A stretch of 64,000 nucleotides of DNA, taken from a virus. The stretch lies in the IMG/VR virus record IMGVR_UViG_3300031949_000005, positions 1 to 64,000 of that record. One strand, 5' to 3'. Below, one piece after another: positions 40,991 to 51,743 of the stretch (its first letter is position 1; the number at the start of each line of letters is the position of its first letter). A model generated the notes under the pieces. That model was not told the DNA's origin. It saw only the letters and a list, made by a program, of their open reading frames with translations, and ran no database searches. The translations under genes were made by a program, and so were the position numbers.

Positions 40991-41353
40991 TTATAAACAC
41001 TCTATTTTCCCGCTATTTGTCGTATAAATAACTTTTACATTATAACGAGAGAGTAGTTTTTGACATTTTAGACATGGTTTTGCTAAACAAATTCCATTCG
41101 ATGATATCCTGAACACAAAAATTGTTATATTATTAAATCTATGAAAAGCTTTTAATTTATTTAATTTTTTTATTATTGCTTGTTCTGCGTGGAGACTCCA
41201 CCTTATATAATCTCCCTGTAGTCTGCGATTATTAGCGGAACATATTACTCTTCCGTTCTTGGTAATAGCAATACAACTCATCCTGGCTTTTATTATATCG
41301 CTTTTTATTGCAATTTTTCTAGCTATTGAAATATGTTTATCCGTTATTATCAT
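40991..41353 (-). CDS. cytidine-deaminase-fold protein
   Basis: LHAE...AKPCLKC. Confidence 0.8.
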   Translation of the reverse strand: MIITDKHISIARKIAIKSDIIKARMSCIAITKNGRVICSANNRRLQGDYIRWSLHAEQAIIKKLNKLKAFHRFNNITIFVFRISSNGICLAKPCLKCQKLLSRYNVKVIYTTNSGKIECL

Positions 41354-41365
41354 TTATTGTTTCCA

Positions 41366-41884
41366 TCAAATATAATACCATGTTCTTTTGGCATGAATAT
41401 CGCATATATTAGATACACTTACGTTGAAAATTTTCGCAATATTTGGCTTTGATATTTCACTATTTTTTAAAAGATATTTTATTATTCTGACTTGTTTTTC
41501 GTTAAGTTTTGCGCGGTTATTATTAGAACCCTTCCTGTTGGAAATAGTGCCATGTCTTATCATATCTTTTATATTTTCTTTATGTGTACCCCACTTTAAA
41601 TTTTTCAAATTATTATTTTGTCTGTTACCATCTAAATGTCTACATTCCATTTTATCTGGGCAGGGACCGACAAATGCTTCTAAAACCAGTCTATGTATCA
41701 TAAAACTTTTACCAATATTATTTCTATGTAGTTTTACGGCTATATATCCATCTGATCTTATGGATTTAGTGTTTCTATTAATTGATTTATTATAATTATC
41801 CTTAATCCTTTTAACATTACCTAAATTAGATACTTGGTAAAATTCTTTGTAGTTGATAATATCTTTCCATATCTCGTTATTCAT
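41366..41884 (-). CDS. NUMOD4-HNH homing endonuclease
   Basis: EIWKDI..YQVSNLG; IHRLVLEAFVG..CRHLDGN..NN. Confidence 0.9.
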   Translation of the reverse strand: MNNEIWKDIINYKEFYQVSNLGNVKRIKDNYNKSINRNTKSIRSDGYIAVKLHRNNIGKSFMIHRLVLEAFVGPCPDKMECRHLDGNRQNNNLKNLKWGTHKENIKDMIRHGTISNRKGSNNNRAKLNEKQVRIIKYLLKNSEISKPNIAKIFNVSVSNICDIHAKRTWYYI

Positions 41885-42558
41885 ATATTTTTTTCTTCTT
41901 ATTAAATTTGCAATTATTCTTATAAGCTTCCCATATTTTGGTTCTTAACTCTTTATTTGCTAATCCAGACACCTTCATTATGCTCAAAACATCAACTAGA
42001 GCCAATTTTCTACCAGTTATCTTACAAAAATTATCAGATGGATTTACTACAGCAATTCCTTCGAATACATCTTCTGGATCTCCAAATTGGTCATTTCTAT
42101 TAAATATTTCTATTTGAGCGATAGAACAAAGTCTACTATCGTCTTGTCTTGACAAATAACCGTATGGAATAATAAAACCATATTGGCCATTTAATTCATC
42201 AATAGGAATATTCTTATGATCGAATTTGATAACAAAATTATGGTCCCCATGTTCTACTTTAATCGCCATTTAATTTCTCCAATTCTTTTTTATAATAATC
42301 GAGTGTTTTTCTATGAAATTTAATTTTATCTTTTACTAATCTTTTATATCGTTTTAAAGCATTGTTATATTTTCTATAGACTAATCCTCTTATCGAATAA
42401 GCATAATAAGTATTAATGTCCTTATAAAAATTACAGCTTTTTTGGGATATTCCAGACCATTCAGACAAATAACGACATTTAGTTTTTACTATTCCGGATT
42501 CACCGACTAAAAAATATACATTTCTTTCCTTCATTTTTATTCCATCACTTGTTTTCAT
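41877..42558 (-). other. two hypothetical CDS (41877-42269, 42259-42558)
   Basis: Tile; first has a P.DNF.K..GRK.AL motif. Confidence 0.55.
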
Positions 42559-42820
42559 TGTAATATTTACCTCCTGGTTGCATGTTTTCTATTTCAAATT
42601 CTATGCATTTTTCTCGACTTTTATGAGAAAATATATCAATAACTAATCCTGGCATAATATTAGGAATTCTCACAACCCATTCTTGATTATCTTCATTGAA
42701 TTCTATATTAGACGCTCTATGTATATTATATATATCGCCCACATCTTGTAAAAATAATTCATCATCATATATTGTTTTTAAATTACCGTCATTATCTATT
42801 TCTATTGTCCTAGTTATCAT
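42545..42820 (-). CDS. small conserved protein
   Basis: IEIDNDG..TIYDD.L.L..VG...I.RASNIEF....EW; start moved to MITRT. Confidence 0.6.
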   Translation of the reverse strand: MITRTIEIDNDGNLKTIYDDELFLQDVGDIYNIHRASNIEFNEDNQEWVVRIPNIMPGLVIDIFSHKSREKCIEFEIENMQPGGKYYNENK

Positions 42821-42995
42821 CTGGACCCTCTTCTTGGATATGATCAAATTGTGGTTCGACAAAATTATTATGGGCATCACACAAATGATCAAAATCTCCG
42901 TTATTAAACTTTTCTTCGGCTTCGTTTTCATTATTTGCTTCAACCAAAAAATCACCTGTTATATTTGAAAACCAAAATATTCTGTAAGCTTTCAT
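42810..42995 (-). CDS. hypothetical protein
   Basis: VEANNENEAEE motif; tiles. Confidence 0.55.
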   Translation of the reverse strand: MKAYRIFWFSNITGDFLVEANNENEAEEKFNNGDFDHLCDAHNNFVEPQFDHIQEEGPDDN

Positions 42996-42997
42996 TT

Positions 42998-43987
42998 TTA
43001 TATCCTTATGAATTCACAATTCTGTTTGAAATCATTTATATTATTGAATCCGGAGTAAGAAATTCCTGAACGCAAAGCACCGGCATATCTTTTTAATAAA
43101 GCTTCTAATGGTTCTCCTATTGGTAATAAAACTGTTCTTCCCTCCGGGCAATCATTGTGAACTTTACCCCTATATTTCTCTTGCACGGCCTTACTACTCA
43201 TACCTTGATAAATTTTCTTTTCTACTCCATTTATTTCAACGATTTCTGCTGCGCTTTCTGGACACCTAGCGAACACTGATCCACACATAGCGCTAGACGC
43301 ACCCGCCCCTATGGCTTTGACGAAATCTGAAGGTTCTTTAATATTACCATCTGATATTAATGGTATATTCATACCTTGATTTTTAAAATCAAATATTGCA
43401 CTCCATTGGTTTTTTGTGCAACCGGCGGTCAATGCAGTCGAACAACCTAATCCACCTCCTATGCCGACCTTAATCGCATCCGGCCATATATTTTTACTTG
43501 CCTTTTCAATATCATCTAAAATACCTGGGTTAACAACATTACCAATAATAACTTTAATATTATCATATTGGCCCTTTATTTGATAACATAGATTCAAAAC
43601 TCTATCACACCAACCATGGGCCACGTCTATATTTATTACATTAACGCCCAATGAAATTAATTTTTGCGCGAAAGAGAATTGATTTTCTGAGATACCTATT
43701 GATGCACCAATCCATTTACAACCATGATTTTTAACCTTTATTATTTCCTCAAATATATATTTATCTGTTCCCGCTCGATGCATTACGCCAAACGCACCGA
43801 TGTCCCAAAGCTTATTAATAAAATCGGCATTAACTACTGTTGACATGTTGCTGGCAATAATCGGTATGGGTCTTATGACACCTTTTATAATTTCTGATTC
43901 TATATTTATTTCCGATCTGGAATTAACTATACATTTTCGTTGTAAAATTGCAATATCTTGAAATCCTAAAGATTTTTCTAAATTCAT
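42998..43987 (-). CDS. GMP reductase / IMP dehydrogenase family
   Basis: SNMSTV, IDVAHG, KVGIGGGLGCST, YQGMSS, LRSGISY. Confidence 0.9.
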   Translation of the reverse strand: MNLEKSLGFQDIAILQRKCIVNSRSEINIESEIIKGVIRPIPIIASNMSTVVNADFINKLWDIGAFGVMHRAGTDKYIFEEIIKVKNHGCKWIGASIGISENQFSFAQKLISLGVNVINIDVAHGWCDRVLNLCYQIKGQYDNIKVIIGNVVNPGILDDIEKASKNIWPDAIKVGIGGGLGCSTALTAGCTKNQWSAIFDFKNQGMNIPLISDGNIKEPSDFVKAIGAGASSAMCGSVFARCPESAAEIVEINGVEKKIYQGMSSKAVQEKYRGKVHNDCPEGRTVLLPIGEPLEALLKRYAGALRSGISYSGFNNINDFKQNCEFIRI

Positions 43988-44595
43988 TTTTTTATTTCTC
44001 TAATTGGTGTATTTAATATCTTTTCTATAGACCAATTTAATTTTATTCGTCTCCAAAATGTTTGAAGATGAATTCCATATTCTCTTGCCCAAAATGATAC
44101 GCACTGGGTGCGATTGTGGAATGTAAATAATTTATTATTTCTTTTATTACTTACTTGTTGCTCTATTGTCGCCCATCGACAATTCTTTTTACAATAATTT
44201 CCATTATTATTTATTCTATCGAGAGATTTCTCTTTGGGTTTTTCTCCCATATCTTTAAGGAAATTTTCAAATTTTAACCATCTTTGACATACTTTAATGC
44301 CACGACCACCGTAATAGTTATATTGATTATTATTTTTATTTTTACATCTTTGAATCATGCTGGCCCATATACCATATACACTAGACATACCATTGTTTTT
44401 ACAATGACCGTGTTTAATGCGTAAACACCCGCATCCAATTTTCCCACCATTGTTCAAATTATTACTTCTTATTATTTTTGTCTTTCCACATTTACATTTA
44501 CATAAATATTGCATATGTCCATCTGAACATTTTTTTGTTGGTTTAATAACAGTGAGATAACCATATATTTTTCCTATTCTTTTATCTTTTTGCAT
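43984..44595 (-). CDS. HNH endonuclease (same family as 37674..38330)
   Basis: CKCKCG, W.SM.QRC, YGGRGIKVC, SLDRINN. Confidence 0.85.
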   Translation of the reverse strand: MQKDKRIGKIYGYLTVIKPTKKCSDGHMQYLCKCKCGKTKIIRSNNLNNGGKIGCGCLRIKHGHCKNNGMSSVYGIWASMIQRCKNKNNNQYNYYGGRGIKVCQRWLKFENFLKDMGEKPKEKSLDRINNNGNYCKKNCRWATIEQQVSNKRNNKLFTFHNRTQCVSFWAREYGIHLQTFWRRIKLNWSIEKILNTPIREIKK

Positions 44596-44596
44596 A

Positions 44597-45025
44597 TTAT
44601 CTTATATCTTGAATTATTATTCTTTGGTTGCCATTATTTAATTTTTCTCTTTTTATTGTTCTACCTTTTTTCCCTTGTCTATTTTTTATAACATAATAAC
44701 AATAATTTTGTTTGAGTTGCCCTACCCACGATTCACTGTAGTAGGATCTATCGTATTCTGATATTATAGCAACGAATTCACCATTTTCATTACGAACAAA
44801 TCCAATATCATTAGAGGCGCTTCCAACGTTTTGTCTACGTATAATTATATTAGCCTTTTCTTTTCTTTTATCTCCTTGATATCCTATCATGTTTTGAGGT
44901 ACTTCATGAATCTCTATATCTTGTAATGTAAAAAATCTACCATTTGCATTTTTACATTCTAGTAGTGCCTTTATTAATGCTTCTTGGTCTTTGAATTTTG
45001 TCTGGACGCTACAATATAAACTCAT
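44597..45025 (-). CDS. DUF1257-like protein
   Basis: TKFKD..ALIKAL, GYQGD.R...A.III.R, SNDIGF, IISEYD. Confidence 0.78.
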   Translation of the reverse strand: MSLYCSVQTKFKDQEALIKALLECKNANGRFFTLQDIEIHEVPQNMIGYQGDKRKEKANIIIRRQNVGSASNDIGFVRNENGEFVAIISEYDRSYYSESWVGQLKQNYCYYVIKNRQGKKGRTIKREKLNNGNQRIIIQDIR

Positions 45026-46306
45026 TAAAGAATCTCCGTTCTTTCTACGGTCAATGATAATGGTTGTACTAATGTACCCAGATTTGTACCAAGTTCTTCG
45101 CCATTTAATAGATTAACAAATCTAATAGGGAAGTACAACTTACATTCTTCGATACAAAATCCTCCATTTGTTCTAATACATACAGAATAATGGTTTCTAT
45201 AATTATTATTAGGCCAATATTTAAAACATTCTCCTATAGATATATCTTCTATTTTTATTAAATTTCCTTCATTGGGCACATTAATTTTCATTTTATCTCC
45301 TATTGTTTTAACGTTCTATTAAACTATTAAACATATCTTTTGGTTTTGGAACATCTTTGTCTGTATATTTATCGAATCTAACCATTAAACCAATAATTCG
45401 ACCTTCTTTATTCTTTTTTATATAAACCGGGTAACATCCATCTCCATATCCAGACGATACAACAAAACCAAGTCCAGGATGACCTAATTTGTAATCTAAT
45501 TGTTTACATGTTGGATAGTCCTCTCCGAGTAATTCGCAAAATTCTTTCCATGTTTTTGCCGGATGAGAATTACAATCTGGGGTTGCATAGTAACATGGGT
45601 CGCCGACCATTACTATGCCAGCATCGACACCTATTTCTCCAACCTTTTGCCATTTCATTTATTTTCCTTCCAACATTCTTAAGAAATTTTCTAAAGTTAT
45701 ATTAACCGCTATATGATCTTGATCTCCACTATGATTAAATCGAATTAATGTTCTGTTGCGTAATGTATGAGACATATCAAAATAAGGAGTACGTTCAATA
45801 TATGTGACATTGCGCATATTTATTATTTTATCGTCAATAATTATATATCTAACATAAGCTGCATTAGCCGTAGCCGCACGGGTTTCTTTTTGTTCGTACA
45901 TATTTTATTCCTCTATAAACCATTTCGGTACTGGACCACTTTTTATTATATCCAATACGGCTTCTATTCTTTGATTTTTCTTTCTGTCCAAACCCGCATA
46001 AATAATTCCCATATCATCTATCTCATCTCCTTTATATAATATAGTACCAATAAGAAAACTTCCTATTGGATTTATTATTTCTTTACAGATATATTCGAGC
46101 CACTCAACGTAATTATAAAATTTTTCACCTTCGTTCCATTCTAATATACTGCCGTCTGAACCCACTACCCAGTTGCAATAATATCCTGGCATACCACTTT
46201 TAAGGTCGTGTCTTTCTACTGATAGTTTATCTAATTTTTCAATAGCGCTTTTAGACAAAGGTGGTTTTATTTGAAATCGACCGTAGAAGTCCGTGTTATA
46301 TCCCAT
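45025..46306 (-). other. four small hypothetical CDS (45025-45291, 45308-45658, 45659-45901, 45905-46306)
   Basis: Tile; 45308 has VDAG..DPCY..SGYGDG.YPV (DUF4241-like). Confidence 0.6.
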
Positions 46307-46318
46307 GATTTTCCTTTC

Positions 46319-47299
46319 TTATATAGTAATCCTTCTTTTCAAGCTATTAATAAATTGACTTTCATTATTTAAATCACTCGCAGCTTTTTCACGGATTGAT
46401 TTTAGAGAATTCGTTACGCTGCTAGCCATATTTGAATTATCAAAATCTTTCACCGCGATTCCAATTGGAAGGAATTGATCCTTAAATTCTGATAACATCT
46501 TCTCAATTTCGTTATCTTCGAATATATTCATTTGCTTAAATTTATTGACATATTTACCGAAATAAGCTAACGATCTAGCCGTTAATTTTTTAGCTTCCGT
46601 TTCATCTCCATACGGACGATTATTTACTCGTGCGCTCATTAGTTCGCAAAATCTTATTGTTTCCGTTCTCATAGAAGAAACGTATTCTTGCACGAAGCTT
46701 TCTACTTCACTTGTTAATTGTTTTCTTAATTCGGTATTTTTAATTTGTTTCTTTTCATCTTCTTCTACTATTTTCATTATATTAGTTTCTTGAATCGAAT
46801 CTATACCAGCTACTTTAAAAATATGCCAGGAGAATCTGAAATTTGATCTTAGTAATCCTGGTGTTCGCGGATAATGATTTTTTAAACAACGATCCCAGAA
46901 TTCAGGATGTGCTTTTTGTACTTCTTTTTTCATATCCTCGAACCTAGCAATGAATGAATCGACCTTCCCAAAGAATTCTTTTTTAATTTCTGTCAAAAAT
47001 TGGTCTACGTTTGGTAACATTTTCATAGGAACAAAGTGTGCTGAAGCCATCCCAAATGGAACCGAATAGCTCGCCAGATAGGCTCTAGCCCTTTGTTCAA
47101 GTTGGCTTATAATTTTAAGCTCTGACTTTGGCACCAAGAGCTTACGGCCTAAATTACATAAATCATTTGGTAATTCATCCGGATTCAAACCGACAAGTTT
47201 AAAATCTTCTCTAGTTAACATTTTGCGACCCGACCAACAACTTATAGAGAGATTAACAAGAGCGCCTACATCGAAAAGATTAATTGTTTTGTCGTTCAT
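46319..47299 (-). CDS. DUF3150-like helical protein
   Basis: V.L.I..WSGRK.L..ED, LG.K.L, RA..L...S.PF. Confidence 0.6.
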   Translation of the reverse strand: MNDKTINLFDVGALVNLSISCWSGRKMLTREDFKLVGLNPDELPNDLCNLGRKLLVPKSELKIISQLEQRARAYLASYSVPFGMASAHFVPMKMLPNVDQFLTEIKKEFFGKVDSFIARFEDMKKEVQKAHPEFWDRCLKNHYPRTPGLLRSNFRFSWHIFKVAGIDSIQETNIMKIVEEDEKKQIKNTELRKQLTSEVESFVQEYVSSMRTETIRFCELMSARVNNRPYGDETEAKKLTARSLAYFGKYVNKFKQMNIFEDNEIEKMLSEFKDQFLPIGIAVKDFDNSNMASSVTNSLKSIREKAASDLNNESQFINSLKRRITI

Positions 47300-47549
47300 T
47301 TAGATTTATCCTATCAAAAAGCGAATTAAATATTACAAATAAACCTATCAATGCCATCACAAAAGTTGGTGCAAAAATAAATATACACCAGATAAGTATT
47401 ATTTTAAATTGGGTTAATTCTGAATATTGTAACATAATATCCTTATGATAATCAAAAGGAAATGGATATATTATAAATAATATCACGTATATAAATAAAG
47501 TTATTATACAACTTTTATCTAACAGATCTAAATTTTTAAAAGTTTTCAT
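47280..47549 (-). CDS. two-TM membrane protein
   Basis: Two hydrophobic segments. Confidence 0.6.
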   Translation of the reverse strand: MKTFKNLDLLDKSCIITLFIYVILFIIYPFPFDYHKDIMLQYSELTQFKIILIWCIFIFAPTFVMALIGLFVIFNSLFDRINLNERQNN

Positions 47550-49091
47550 TTATTTCTCCATTCTAACAGACCTTTTATTTACGGGGACTTTAATCTCTGT
47601 TTGATTCGCCTTTTTTGCTCTTACATCAATCCATTGTTGGATTATTTTAATTCTTTCTGGCTCCGCTTTGGACAAAGGCAGAATTCCATCTACCGCTGTT
47701 AATAGATGATTATTATCCAATTCTTGTGATTGGGCAAAAGCTATTTTTAATCCTAATTTGACAGCTTGCTCTATATCGGCTCCTGTAAATCCTTGGCTAG
47801 CCTTCACCAATTCGTTTAATTTGTATTTCTTAATATCTCTATTTCTTTTCTTTATATGTATTTCCCATATTTGCAACCTTTCTTGTTCATTTGGTAAATC
47901 TAGACCAAAAATTTCATCTAACCTTCCTTTACGACAAAATTCTGGAGGTAAATTTTCCACATTATTTGCTGTGCATACAAAATAAACAGGAGATGTTCTG
48001 TCATTCATCCATGATAGCATCGTTCCTAATACTCTCGCAGATGTACCGCCATCTAAATCTCCTTTAGTAGAAAATCCCTTCTCTATTTCGTCTAGCTGTA
48101 AAACGCATGGAGCTATACTTTCTATAATTTTTATAGCTTCACGAATATTAGCCTCTGAGTCTCCCACGTATTTAGACATTAAACTTCCAACGTCCATAGA
48201 TATTAACGGCATTTCAAATTCAGAAGCTATCGCTAGACTAAGGGCTGTTTTACCTGTTCCTGGAACACCTGCCAACATAATGCCTTTTGGAAAATCTATA
48301 CCGAAATCTTTTGCTTCTTTGGAGAAGCATGGTTTATCTAATTTGATATAATTTTTAACTGGTTCATATCCCCCTATGAGTGATAAACCGCCTGGCGGTG
48401 ATTCAATATATCTTAACAAGCCAGACGATTTGAGAATATTCGCCTTTTCATTTATTATAGTTTTCACTGCATCGTGATCTAATTTCTTATGTTTAGTAAT
48501 AGATAAAGCCACTTTATCTACTATTTGTTGACAAGTCATACCACGACAAGCGCTCACAACTAATGGTAAAATTGATTCGTCTAGAGTAAATTTATCTTTA
48601 TCCACTCCCTCGCAAACGAATCGAATATGATTTTCTATATCTTCGTCAGGAAGAGGAAAATCAATTTCAGTTACATCATATTTAAGAGAATCTGGCAACT
48701 TAGCGCATCCGTCTATAATTATTAGTATATTTTTTGAAGCCGACAAGTTTTCCTTTATTTCATGCATCCACGAAATTATTACATCGGCTGATGTATATTT
48801 TTCTATGTCTAAATAATGGCCAAATTCTTCAAGAACTATAATATTGTTCTCGTCTAGGCCAGATATATATTGTATAGCAGCCTCTGGAGTTTGTTCTATT
48901 TGCTCTCCTATAGGTTTACCGTCTATGGATTTCCATCCGGCTGCAATAGACCAAGATTGGATTTGTGAATTAATTTTTTCTGCGATTTTTGATATTTGGG
49001 ATATACATCTTTTAATTTCATGCGTTCTGATTAATAAAATAGCATGACCGCTTAGTATATAATCTGTTATATTGTCTTTAAAAGAGTTCAT
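47550..49091 (-). CDS. Ycf46-like AAA+ ATPase
   Basis: Degenerate N-terminal AAA; GVPGTGKT, SKYVGDSE, LDEIEK, TAN..LPPE..RKGRLDE. Confidence 0.88.
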   Translation of the reverse strand: MNSFKDNITDYILSGHAILLIRTHEIKRCISQISKIAEKINSQIQSWSIAAGWKSIDGKPIGEQIEQTPEAAIQYISGLDENNIIVLEEFGHYLDIEKYTSADVIISWMHEIKENLSASKNILIIIDGCAKLPDSLKYDVTEIDFPLPDEDIENHIRFVCEGVDKDKFTLDESILPLVVSACRGMTCQQIVDKVALSITKHKKLDHDAVKTIINEKANILKSSGLLRYIESPPGGLSLIGGYEPVKNYIKLDKPCFSKEAKDFGIDFPKGIMLAGVPGTGKTALSLAIASEFEMPLISMDVGSLMSKYVGDSEANIREAIKIIESIAPCVLQLDEIEKGFSTKGDLDGGTSARVLGTMLSWMNDRTSPVYFVCTANNVENLPPEFCRKGRLDEIFGLDLPNEQERLQIWEIHIKKRNRDIKKYKLNELVKASQGFTGADIEQAVKLGLKIAFAQSQELDNNHLLTAVDGILPLSKAEPERIKIIQQWIDVRAKKANQTEIKVPVNKRSVRMEK

Positions 49092-49118
49092 ATATTTCCT
49101 TTATGATATTGATGATGG

Positions 49119-49137
49119 CGGGGAGCTTTCGCCCCCG
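49119..49137. other. GC-rich hairpin (GAAA loop on minus strand)
   Basis: CGGGGGC-GAAA-GCTCCCCG; no minus-strand U tract. Confidence 0.45.
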
Positions 49138-49143
49138 TTTGGG

Positions 49144-49918
49144 CTACTGCTGAATTGCTTCTTCTTTTTTCCCAGCGTACAGCTTATCTCCGCATTCACC
49201 AAGGACAAATCCGAGTTTTCTTAGAATAGAACTACCTTTAATGTTTCCAGGGGTTCTTTTTAAGAGATTCGCTAAACCACCCAATATACCTTTGTTTAAA
49301 TTTACCACAACTAGACCTCTTTCTTCATCCAATTCAAATGTAAATGCTTGGTTCTTTGGTTCTTCCATAAACTTCCTTTCGTAAAATGTTAAACAACTTA
49401 TCAAACACTATTATGAGTTAGTTACTCTTATAGACTCTATTAACATATCAATATGTTCTTTTATATCTATTAGTGAATTCAAAGTTTCTTCTATAGAAAC
49501 AGTCGCGTCGCCGAACAAAGTGTCTACACAATTCTTGGTTTTTGTTTTTAATAATTCATGGCTTTTATTCATCTGTTCTCCATACTCCTGTATTATACAA
49601 TTTGTTATCATCCATCAATATTAACACAATGGGATTTTTGACGGAAAATTGCGTAGCCGTTATATCTACTATACATTTTCTATTTTCATATAAATTCACA
49701 AGAATAAAATAATGATATTTATTGAGTTTAATACTACATTTGATACCATTCTTAGTTAATTCGGAATAGAGATTTTGCGATGCTATTCCACACATACCCG
49801 ACAAATCTGCGTCCCAGAAATTAGTATTTTTATCCCTGAGATCCTCTATGTCTATTCTACATTTTAATGCTATTCTTTTTATCTTCTCGATAAGAGCTTT
49901 ATTTTTAGAAGATATCAT
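49144..49918 (-). other. three small hypothetical CDS (49144-49404, 49411-49611, 49565-49918)
   Basis: Tile; last has C...H...DIT transglutaminase-like spacing. Confidence 0.5.
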
Positions 49919-50646
49919 TATTCCACCAGTCTGTTATTCCTTAATCCTAAAACGATAAATATTATACCCATCAATCCTAGTGATAGTGAGGAAACTGTTG
50001 GTATAGGATTTATTTTTTCTGCCGTAAATAACCAATCTGACGAATTGGTATGTGATTCTCTTCCATTATGAGTTAGCCAACCATGCCCCGAAAACCCATT
50101 AAATCCACGATAACCTTTATCATCATCTTCGTTACCAAATCTGAAAGAAAACGGATTATCACCATTAAAATCAACTAAATCGTAACTATCATTTAATCGA
50201 CTTCCCTCGAATGTTCTTGTTATACTACCGTTGTTCCCAGGATTTTCAGATGAAATTATATCATCATCACCAAGAGCATAACCTACATTATAATTGTATG
50301 TAAAATCAACATCCCACCAACCCACAAAATAATCCCTTCCTTTTGGCCCCTCGTATAAATCAGTATTACTTGGTCTATTTAACCCACCATAAACAGTTCC
50401 GAAAATATGAACGATATTAGTATCACTATTAAAATCAAGGAACATGGCCGCGTCACGAGCTTCGCCGTCAAAATCGAAATCAAAAGTGAATACACGACTA
50501 CTATTTCCGTCTAGCCCATCGAGTATTAATCCGTAGGGAGGTGGTGTTTGTTGGCCATCTGGATGATTATGTAATCTATAAAGGCCATCTGTAATATTTC
50601 CTAACGCGACACTGTTCATAAAAAAGATTAAAGCATACTTTTTCAT
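49918..50646 (-). CDS. exported protein with IPTL/PEP-CTERM-like sorting tail
   Basis: Signal peptide; Asp/Gly/Asn-rich body; PIPTVSS-TM-RNNR. Confidence 0.7.
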   Translation of the reverse strand: MKKYALIFFMNSVALGNITDGLYRLHNHPDGQQTPPPYGLILDGLDGNSSRVFTFDFDFDGEARDAAMFLDFNSDTNIVHIFGTVYGGLNRPSNTDLYEGPKGRDYFVGWWDVDFTYNYNVGYALGDDDIISSENPGNNGSITRTFEGSRLNDSYDLVDFNGDNPFSFRFGNEDDDKGYRGFNGFSGHGWLTHNGRESHTNSSDWLFTAEKINPIPTVSSLSLGLMGIIFIVLGLRNNRLVE

Positions 50647-50658
50647 TTTTCCCCTTTC

Positions 50659-51741
50659 TTATTGTTTCCAAAGATTCCAATAATGCATTTTAATTTTAAT
50701 CAATAATTTGTTTATTTTTTCTATATTTGGATATTTTGGTAGATTTGATTTTTCATATAATTCTTCTAAATATTTATCCATTTTTTCTGCGTAGTCTACC
50801 AGGTAGCCATAAGTATATAAGCCATTTCTAATATTTTTTAATTCTTCTGCATCTGGTCTACGGACTATAACTTTTCCTTCGGTTAATATTTCTTCGCCCA
50901 TCCTTAGAAGGCGGACTAGATGGCAGGCATGTTTCGTGTCATAGTTGAATTTTTCCTCTAACGCTGCACGATCAGGATTTCTATTATTTTTCCAATTCCA
51001 ATATTGATTCCATAATTTATTTGCTTCTTTGAATTTATCTACTTGACAAAAAAGAATTCCAACCAATTGTTTACTCATGTTGATACCGTAACGATTTTCT
51101 GGATCTTCATCTAGATATTTAAGATTATTACCATCGTTAGCTATAATCCCTTGACCATTTCTATATGAATAAAATAATTTGAAAGAATTCCCTCCAAATA
51201 ATTTGACTAAGAAAAAATCATTATTATTATACTGATTTAAGTTTTGTTTCATAAAATCATTGCTAAGTGGAAAATATATACTGCAAAATTGATCAATAGT
51301 TGGTGGTTTTTTTGGCTGAGGATTCATTATCCACTTATTATGTCCTTTTATGCGTTTTAATTGAGCCATAGCATAGCCAGAGAAAGTAAATCTAGCTTTT
51401 TTGGAAAGAAAAAGATGTGCATTTTCTCGTAGAAGTTCAAATGGTTTTGTTATACGTAAAATATTACAATCATCGTTAAAAAGTAATTCTATAATATTTG
51501 GATTACATTCAACACAAAGTTTAATAAATTTATCTATCTCATAATATGTCGCATCTCCATCATCGGACTTAAATAATACCTGTTCTATTTTATTAAAACA
51601 TCCTAAATGATATTCTGGAGGCGCTATAAAAATACCTTGAATATCAGTATCGCTTTGTGGTGTTTCTATCCCATAAGCGCGTGATCCAGTAATACATTTA
51701 AATATTAAATTATTTTCAGCTAATTCTCTTTCGTTTGCCAT
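50659..51741 (-). CDS. Pol-beta nucleotidyltransferase, RlaP/YcgL family
   Basis: GSRAYG....SDTD, NPNIIELLF, F.GYA..Q, YDTKHA.HLVRL. Confidence 0.85.
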   Translation of the reverse strand: MANERELAENNLIFKCITGSRAYGIETPQSDTDIQGIFIAPPEYHLGCFNKIEQVLFKSDDGDATYYEIDKFIKLCVECNPNIIELLFNDDCNILRITKPFELLRENAHLFLSKKARFTFSGYAMAQLKRIKGHNKWIMNPQPKKPPTIDQFCSIYFPLSNDFMKQNLNQYNNNDFFLVKLFGGNSFKLFYSYRNGQGIIANDGNNLKYLDEDPENRYGINMSKQLVGILFCQVDKFKEANKLWNQYWNWKNNRNPDRAALEEKFNYDTKHACHLVRLLRMGEEILTEGKVIVRRPDAEELKNIRNGLYTYGYLVDYAEKMDKYLEELYEKSNLPKYPNIEKINKLLIKIKMHYWNLWKQ

Positions 51742-51743
51742 AA

